Of a stretch of DNA of 55,259 bases, positions 50,567 through 55,259 are shown in pieces (within the stretch, counting starts at the first letter, position 1; each line of letters begins with the position of its first letter). The notes beneath the pieces were generated by a model. The model did not search any database. It was given only the letters and a program-made list of their open reading frames with translations, and had not been told where the DNA came from. The stretch comes from a virus (lineage: Duplodnaviria; Caudoviricetes). The translations under genes and the position numbers were made by a program. The stretch is taken from positions 1-55,259 of the IMG/VR virus record IMGVR_UViG_3300023184_005048; one strand, written 5' to 3'.

Positions 50567-52190
50567 ATAAAGTATTTTGAATTCTTATTAATGACTCATC
50601 CCTACCAAGGATTTCCATTGTTGATACCAAGTCTGGACCCGGCATACCACCTGTGATAGCAACTCTTAAAGCTGGCATTATCTTACCCATCTTAACACCC
50701 ATTTCTTGACAAAGATCGTGAATATTTTGTTTAATAGTCTCAGCATTCCAATCAATTGACTTTGTTATAAAAGCACTAAATACTTTCTTATAATCATCAG
50801 TCAATAACTTAACATCTGTTTCTTTAATCACAATTGGCTTAAAGAAGATATCAGCAACCACTTGTAAATCTTTTGTGAAGACCGCTCTCTTTTTACAGAT
50901 ATCCACAATCTTAGAAAGATTTTCTGGTGAATATTGATATTGGTCACCCATATCAATATTAGAAAGAAGTTCATCATCACTTCTATAAGTGTTCAAATGT
51001 TGAGCATTAAAGTGTTTAGCTTTTTCAACATCAAAACGAGCACCGGCTTTATGAACGTGAGATAAATCAAACTTAGAAATCATATCAGCCATTGTCATTA
51101 CTTCAGTAGTATCAGTTGGAGACCAACCTAATAGTACTAAGAAGTTTAACATAGCTTGTGGTTCATAACCTTCATCTTTGAAACCAAGATATTTAACCAT
51201 ATTACCTTTATCATCTTCTCCTTCACCACCCATCGGGAAAGCAGGAATACCCATAGAAAGAGCTTTACGTTTAGACAACTTGCCTTTACCATCTGGATTT
51301 AAAATCAATGGTAAATGAGCAAAAGTAGGAGCAGTCCAACCAAATGCTTCATATAACATTAAATGAAGCGGAGTTGAAGGTAGCCATTCTTCACCACGAA
51401 TAACGTGAGTTGTTCCCATATCATGGTCGTCACAAACATTAGCCATATGATATGTTGGAATACCATTTGATTTAACTAAAACTTTATCATCAGTTTGATT
51501 TGTATTCAAACTAACTTCACCACGAATAACATCAGTAACAGTAATTGTTCTGTTTTCTGGTGTTTTGAAACGAATTACAAATGGAGTTTTATTAGCAAGT
51601 AAAGCATCAACTTCTTCTTTTGGTAAAGAAAGTGAATTTCTCATTGACATACGAGTTTTAGCATCGTAAGCAAAGTGAGCATTTTCAGCTCTAACTTTAG
51701 CAATATCTTCTTCAGTATCAAAAGCATAATAAGCCATACCCTTATCTAAAAGAGTTTGAATATGTTCAGAGTAATCTCTTTCCGATTGACGGTAAGGACC
51801 ATTAGGACCACCTTTCCAAGGCGCATAGTCTGGTTCAATACCACACCACTCTAAAGAATCTTGGATATACTTTTCAGCATCACCAACAAATCTTTTTTGG
51901 TCAGTATCTTCAATACGAACATAAAATATACCACCGTGTTTTTTAGCAAACAGATAGTTATAAAGGGCAGTACGAACTCCACCGATGTGTAGAAATCCTG
52001 TTGGTGAAGGAGCAAAACGAGTTACTACTTTACCGGAAGGTGTAATAGTATCTAAAGCATCCAAACTTTTTTGAACATCAGGGGATTGTCCATCATCATG
52101 AGTCGCAAGTGTATGAAGAGCATCGTCACTCATTTCACTTTTTGATTCAGCGAGAAATTTATCTCTATTTTTAATGTATTTCATGTCCAT
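50565..52190 (-). CDS. gltX: Glutamyl-tRNA synthetase with a ~50 aa N-terminal extension (likely start 52184)
   Basis: RFAPSPTGFLHIGG, RIEDTD, YRQSER, HVIRGEEW, KLSKR. Confidence 0.95.
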   Translation of the reverse strand: MDMKYIKNRDKFLAESKSEMSDDALHTLATHDDGQSPDVQKSLDALDTITPSGKVVTRFAPSPTGFLHIGGVRTALYNYLFAKKHGGIFYVRIEDTDQKRFVGDAEKYIQDSLEWCGIEPDYAPWKGGPNGPYRQSERDYSEHIQTLLDKGMAYYAFDTEEDIAKVRAENAHFAYDAKTRMSMRNSLSLPKEEVDALLANKTPFVIRFKTPENRTITVTDVIRGEVSLNTNQTDDKVLVKSNGIPTYHMANVCDDHDMGTTHVIRGEEWLPSTPLHLMLYEAFGWTAPTFAHLPLILNPDGKGKLSKRKALSMGIPAFPMGGEGEDDKGNMVKYLGFKDEGYEPQAMLNFLVLLGWSPTDTTEVMTMADMISKFDLSHVHKAGARFDVEKAKHFNAQHLNTYRSDDELLSNIDMGDQYQYSPENLSKIVDICKKRAVFTKDLQVVADIFFKPIVIKETDVKLLTDDYKKVFSAFITKSIDWNAETIKQNIHDLCQEMGVKMGKIMPALRVAITGGMPGPDLVSTMEILGRDESLIRIQNTL

Positions 52191-52217
52191 ATATATTATT
52201 TTTTAATCTAAAAATTA

Positions 52218-52355
52218 TTAATCTTCAATTAAGAATCCAATTATTATATACCAAAGTAAAGCCCATCCACTATGAAAGAACCAGATTACAAAAAATAATC
52301 TAAACCAAAAACGGTCAATACCGGTTTTATTTTGTAGCCGTGTACAAGTACTCAT
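52218..52355 (-). CDS. Small PspC-like membrane protein
   Basis: Hand-translated MSTCTRLQNKTGIDRFWFRLFFVIWFFHSGWALLWYIIIGFLIED; TAAATTTG promoter motif at 52378-52385. Confidence 0.55.
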   Translation of the reverse strand: MSTCTRLQNKTGIDRFWFRLFFVIWFFHSGWALLWYIIIGFLIED

Positions 52356-52419
52356 ATATTTATATTAAATTAGATTACAAATTTAGTAAAAAGAATTCTA
52401 ATAAACAAATATATACATT

Positions 52420-52998
52420 ATGAAATACTTAAAAAGATTTAACGAAGATATTGAAGCCACTATTAAACCAAATGGTAATATTAGTGCTAATATAGATGTT
52501 AAAACTGACGATGATAATACTATCTATGATAAAAGATGGGAAAATGAACTATCTGAGTTTATTACGATAAACTATCATGGTAAATTATATAAATTCAAAA
52601 AAGATAATATAATGTTACATTCTGATATGGTTCAGATAACTTATGCCTCTACACCACTTAATAGTGATGAACAAGGTGAAATTTGGGGCACGCCAGATAC
52701 TTTAGAATTTGATATTTATTTTGTTAAAGATAATGAAACAGATAAAGTAAGATTAACAGTTGATATTACTTATGGTGATTTAATGGCTTGTGAATTTACA
52801 GCTGAAGCTCCTAATAAAATAAAAGTGGTAGAATATACATCCTACCACTCTAAATTTGATCCAAGCAATACTGTATTTGCCTTAGTAGATGAATCTCTAC
52901 AATCCTTCATAAACTTCCTAAATAGATTTGAAGGAATGAAACTTAAAAAAGAAGATTTTAAGTTTTTGGATCAATATGACAATTACTTGCCAAATTAA
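52420..52998 (+). CDS. Hypothetical protein with MKYLKRFNE tag
   Basis: ORF; AATATATA at 52408-52415. Confidence 0.7.
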   Translation: MKYLKRFNEDIEATIKPNGNISANIDVKTDDDNTIYDKRWENELSEFITINYHGKLYKFKKDNIMLHSDMVQITYASTPLNSDEQGEIWGTPDTLEFDIYFVKDNETDKVRLTVDITYGDLMACEFTAEAPNKIKVVEYTSYHSKFDPSNTVFALVDESLQSFINFLNRFEGMKLKKEDFKFLDQYDNYLPN

Positions 52999-53207
52999 GA
53001 TATCCATCTGATTAAATACTTTGAATCCATTAAGTATTCAAAATCAGCATCTCCCATATCTGAAACAGGAACCTCAAATTTAATTTCAACCGGTTCACCT
53101 TCAGATTCGATAATTGCTAAGTAATAAGATACACCTTTTCTGATAAACTTAAACTCGGCTTTTGGATTTTGCTTATACAAAGCTTTTTTAATTTCATTCT
53201 TTTCCAT
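52995..53207 (-). CDS. Hypothetical protein
   Basis: ORF; KKALYKQNP, F.VPVSDMGDADF...K.LIRW. Confidence 0.65.
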   Translation of the reverse strand: MEKNEIKKALYKQNPKAEFKFIRKGVSYYLAIIESEGEPVEIKFEVPVSDMGDADFEYLMDSKYLIRWIS

Positions 53208-53229
53208 TTTTATTGGTTTTTTTATCGAG

Positions 53230-53310
53230 TATCAGAAGAGAGACTTGAACTCTCATACCGTTAGGCGCTGGCTTTTGAAACCAGTGTGTATACCATTCCA
53301 CCATTCTGAC
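53230..53310 (-). tRNA. tRNA-Leu(CAA)
   Basis: CTGGT-TTCAAAA-GCCAG; V-arm; A73. Confidence 0.88.
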
Positions 53311-53315
53311 ATTTG

Positions 53316-53386
53316 TAGCGTGTGTGGGGTTCGAACCCACTTATCAGTCCTTATGAGAGACAGCTCTTTTCCACTAAGCCACGCCA
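53316..53386 (-). tRNA. tRNA(CAU), Met or Ile2, with atypical D-arm
   Basis: Loop CTCATAA; T-arm GTGGG-TTCGAAC-CCCAC. Confidence 0.7.
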
Positions 53387-53395
53387 TATTATTAG

Positions 53396-53478
53396 TGCCC
53401 AAAGAGAGACTCGAACTCTCACGTCCTTTCGGACACCGGCTTCTTAGACCGGCGTGTCTACCATTCCACCATCTGGGC
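53396..53478 (-). tRNA. tRNA-Leu(AAG)
   Basis: CCGGT-CTAAGAA-GCCGG; Leu-type D-loop and V-arm. Confidence 0.88.
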
Positions 53479-53483
53479 ATTTG

Positions 53484-53556
53484 AGCAGATACCCAGAGTC
53501 GAACTGGAATCTCGTCCGTACCAAGGACGTGTAATCACCGATTATACGATAACTGC
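53484..53556 (-). tRNA. tRNA-Thr(GGU)
   Basis: CGTCC-TTGGTAC-GGACG. Confidence 0.85.
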
Positions 53557-53562
53557 TTGTTG

Positions 53563-53649
53563 TAGCGGGGGCAGGATTCGAACCTGACGTGTCACTTGCG
53601 CAACCCTGGGTTATGAGCCCAGTGAGTTTGACCTCTACTCTACCCCGCG
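53563..53649 (-). tRNA. Initiator-type tRNA-fMet(CAU) with a long variable arm
   Basis: C1:U72 mismatch, GGG/CCC anticodon stem, loop CTCATAA, extra V-arm. Confidence 0.8.
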
Positions 53650-53654
53650 ATATG

Positions 53655-53739
53655 TACCTGGAGCGGGACTCGAACCCGCACGGGCATTTCTGCCCACTGG
53701 ATTTTAAGTCCAGCGTGTCTACCATTCCACCACCCAGGC
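53655..53739 (-). tRNA. tRNA-Leu(UAA)
   Basis: CTGGA-CTTAAAA-TCCAG. Confidence 0.92.
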
Positions 53740-53755
53740 AGGTGATTTTATTTTG

Positions 53756-53839
53756 AGCCGATGGAGGGACTCGAACCCCCGTTGGACTATTCGTCTCTGG
53801 TTTACAAAACCAGTGCTGTCGCCACTGAGCCACATCGGC
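53756..53839 (-). tRNA. tRNA-Thr(UGU) with a long variable arm
   Basis: CTGGT-TTTGTAA-ACCAG; V-arm GAC-GAATA-GTC. Confidence 0.82.
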
Positions 53840-53842
53840 ATA

Positions 53843-53959
53843 TAATGGAGGAAAGTCTAAAGAGTGATTTTACTGAAGGACTTGAACCTTCAAAAGTTTG
53901 TTTTTAAGACAAATGTGTATACCATTTCACGAAGTAACACTCTTAATCACCATCCATTA
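53843..53959 (-). ncRNA. tRNA-like RNA (UAA loop) with a greatly extended acceptor helix
   Basis: D-, anticodon- and T-arms enclosed by TTACT/AGTAA, AAGAGTG/CACTCTT and TAATGGA/TCCATTA. Confidence 0.6.
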
Positions 53960-53964
53960 TTTTG

Positions 53965-54036
53965 TTGCCTTGGTGGGTAACGATCCCACTACCTCTTCCA
54001 TGTCAAGGAAGTGCTCTCCCATTGAGCTACAAGGCA
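53965..54036 (-). tRNA. tRNA-Val(GAC)
   Basis: CTTCC-TTGACAT-GGAAG. Confidence 0.88.
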
Positions 54037-54043
54037 ATTTTTG

Positions 54044-54190
54044 ACAGTAGGGTGGGAATCGAACCCACCTTCCCAATCCGAACTAAATGACATTTTCTAG
54101 AATATCAAATAATCAAGTTTGGTTTTTAACCCGGACCAGTTCTTTATGTGGCTTCTCTAGGAGTTACCACCTAATATAGGGTCCTACTGA
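54044..54190 (-). ncRNA. tRNA-like RNA: acceptor stem plus T-arm around a ~110 nt insert
   Basis: CAGTAG/CTACTG termini; GGTGGG-TTCGATT-CCCACC. Confidence 0.6.
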
Positions 54191-54194
54191 TTTG

Positions 54195-54266
54195 AGCTTC
54201 TTACCGGTAACGATCCGATTTCTCTAGTTTACAAGACTAGCGCATCACCATTAATGCTTAAGAAGC
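54195..54266 (-). tRNA. tRNA-Thr(UGU)
   Basis: CTAGT-CTTGTAA-ACTAG. Confidence 0.85.
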
Positions 54267-54271
54267 GTTTG

Positions 54272-54354
54272 AGGTACTGACTGGGTTCGAACCAGTGTGA
54301 CAGATTTTGCAGATCTGTGCCTCTCGTCTTTCGACACCACTCGGCCACAGTACC
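54272..54354 (-). tRNA. tRNA-Cys(GCA) with a hairpin inserted in the D-loop
   Basis: CAGAT-CTGCAAA-ATCTG; U73; GTC-GAAA-GAC insert. Confidence 0.85.
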
Positions 54355-54359
54355 ATTTG

Positions 54360-54433
54360 TTGGAATAGTAGGACTCGAACCTACAACCTTTCGCGTATCA
54401 GGCGAATGCTCTAACCAGTTGAGCTATATTCCA
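54360..54433 (-). tRNA. tRNA-Ile(GAU)
   Basis: TTCGC-CTGATAC-GCGAA. Confidence 0.92.
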
Positions 54434-54439
54434 ATTTTG

Positions 54440-54512
54440 TAGTCCCGGTCGGTTACGATCCGACTCCCTCCACTATGTAACAGTGGCGCTCCCCCGATTG
54501 AGCTACAGGACT
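54440..54512 (-). tRNA. tRNA-Val(UAC)
   Basis: CCACT-GTTACAT-AGTGG. Confidence 0.85.
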
Positions 54513-54517
54513 ATTTG

Positions 54518-54603
54518 CTGATGAGGTGGGACTCGAACCCACGGTGGACTTTAATGTCGTCTGGTTAACAGCCAGGCCCTTTCGCCGCTCAGGACACCCA
54601 TCA
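54518..54603 (-). tRNA. tRNA-Asn(GUU) with a long variable arm
   Basis: Loop CTGTTAA; V-arm GAC-ATTAAA-GTC; G73. Confidence 0.8.
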
Positions 54604-54609
54604 ATTTTG

Positions 54610-54692
54610 TACCGAAGGTGGGACTCGAACCCACACACCCTTTCGGGTACTAGCTCCTAAGGCTAGCGTGTCTACCATTCCACCACTTCGGC
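54610..54692 (-). tRNA. tRNA-Leu(UAG)
   Basis: CTAGC-CTTAGGA-GCTAG. Confidence 0.92.
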
Positions 54693-54695
54693 ATC

Positions 54696-54801
54696 TGAGT
54701 GTGATAGGGTATTCTCCTACAGTTGTGGTGGTTGACTAGTCCCATTGTCCACTCCAGTACTTCGTCTGGTGCTGTTTTAGTTTATCAGCGTTTACACACT
54801 C
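54696..54801 (-). ncRNA. Cloverleaf-like RNA with non-consensus loops
   Basis: 7-bp GAGTGTG/CACACTC, GCTG/CAGC, CCAG/CTGG, GTGG/CCAC and GTAGG-7nt-CCTAT stems, in tRNA order. Confidence 0.55.
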
Positions 54802-54805
54802 TTTG

Positions 54806-54878
54806 TAGTCTCCACGGGATTCGAACCCGTATTCTCAGTTTAGAAGACTGATGTCCTATCCAGTTGGACGAGGAAACT
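54806..54878 (-). tRNA. tRNA-Arg(UCU)
   Basis: TCAGT-CTTCTAA-ACTGA. Confidence 0.9.
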
Positions 54879-54883
54879 ATTTG

Positions 54884-54955
54884 CTCACTGGGGGAATTAC
54901 GATATCCCGACCTGACGCTTAACAGGCGCCTGCTCTACCTCTGAGCTACCAGTGA
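54884..54955 (-). tRNA. tRNA-Asn(GUU)
   Basis: GGCGC-CTGTTAA-GCGTC; G73. Confidence 0.85.
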
Positions 54956-54961
54956 ATGTTG

Positions 54962-55046
54962 TCGGTAGGGTGGGATTTGAACCCACGTTGTGATTTCTCA
55001 CCTAGTGTATCAGACTAGTCCCTGAAGACCGCTCGGGTACCTACCG
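54962..55046 (-). tRNA. tRNA-Ile(GAU) with a long variable arm
   Basis: CTAGT-CTGATAC-ACTAG; V-arm GTGA-GAAA-TCAC. Confidence 0.8.
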
Positions 55047-55061
55047 TTGTTTTAAGAGCAT

Positions 55062-55094
55062 AAAAAAACCCTCAGATTTTGTGTCTGAGGGTTT
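55062..55094 (-). terminator. Attenuator terminator before the large tRNA array
   Basis: AAACCCTCAGA-cacaaaa-TCTGAGGGTTT hairpin plus T-run. Confidence 0.85.
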
Positions 55095-55122
55095 CGAGTA
55101 TTCTTTATTAAAATTTGTTATA

Positions 55123-55233
55123 TTAACTAACAAATCGTTTAGATATGACGAAGCCCTCAGAGCGTCTAATACATAACGTATTATTCACCACTGTCAGTGT
55201 ATTCATGTTCATATTTAAATTCATTGTTTTCAT
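55123..55233 (-). CDS. Leader peptide MKTMNLNMNMNTLTVVNNTLCIRRSEGFVISKRFVS
   Basis: Hand-translated; contains TCTGAGGG, an exact copy of the terminator 3' arm; AATATATA 5 nt upstream (55239-55246). Confidence 0.8.
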   Translation of the reverse strand: MKTMNLNMNMNTLTVVNNTLCIRRSEGFVISKRFVS

Positions 55234-55259
55234 TGTTGTATATATTAAAAAGTTTTTGT

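Noticed and set aside
731-50570. Short ORFs nested in or antisense to long genes (e.g. 731-1084, 4377-4676, 12007-12276, 35743-36075, 50220-50570)
   Set aside because: Shadow frames of well-supported CDSs with no motifs or promoters.
52191-52400. Glu-sensing attenuator upstream of gltX
   Set aside because: The small upstream ORF is a PspC-like membrane peptide with one Glu, and no terminator hairpin lies between it and gltX.
54044-54190. tmRNA
   Set aside because: About 147 nt only, no G3:U70 Ala determinant and no convincing tag reading frame.
53245-54638. ORF-track entries 53245-53484, 53253-53480, 53444-53833 and 54453-54638
   Set aside because: They overlap clear tRNA cloverleaves and are open only because of the higher GC content.
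43890-55046. Theta (HDV-like) ribozymes at tRNA 3' trailers
   Set aside because: Most spacers are under 15 nt, and I could not fit a nested double pseudoknot to the 44426-44489 spacer by eye.
1-55259. Stop-codon reassignment
   Set aside because: Genes are full length in the standard code, TAA, TAG and TGA all end ORFs, and no suppressor anticodon was found.
1-55259. Bacterial chromosome origin (aaRS, clpC, coaD, gmd present)
   Set aside because: gp32- and gp14-like genes, the late-promoter motif, dense small hypothetical genes and atypical CCA-less tRNA arrays fit a jumbo phage better.

Overview
AT-rich segment of a large T4-like (jumbo) phage genome. Markers are a gp32-like SSB, a gp14-like neck domain and a tail-tube-like gene. 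Repeated TAnnTTTG/TTTG promoters point to a Bacteroidota host. The window holds a ~21 kb surface-glycan cluster, a ClpC lacking its N-domain, RNA-repair-type genes, GlnRS, GluRS and two minus-strand tRNA arrays (about 24 tRNAs plus several tRNA-like RNAs). Main finding: three short leader ORFs missing from the ORF track each precede an intrinsic terminator and carry an 8-nt anti-terminator, and their codons match the tRNAs downstream. A poly-CAA leader precedes three tRNA-Gln(UUG) and glnS. A PQPQ..DQDP leader precedes the Pro/Asp/Gln tRNAs. An M/T/N/L/V/C/I/R leader precedes an array made of exactly those eight tRNA families. I interpret this as ribosome-mediated attenuation that turns on phage tRNA supply when the matching tRNAs run short; this is inferred, not tested. 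Also notable: a three-copy covarying ncRNA, class I tRNAs with long variable arms, and a capsid-targeting-like N-terminal tag on late genes including GluRS and an Acb1-like enzyme. All calls come from reading motifs by eye; no database searches were run.
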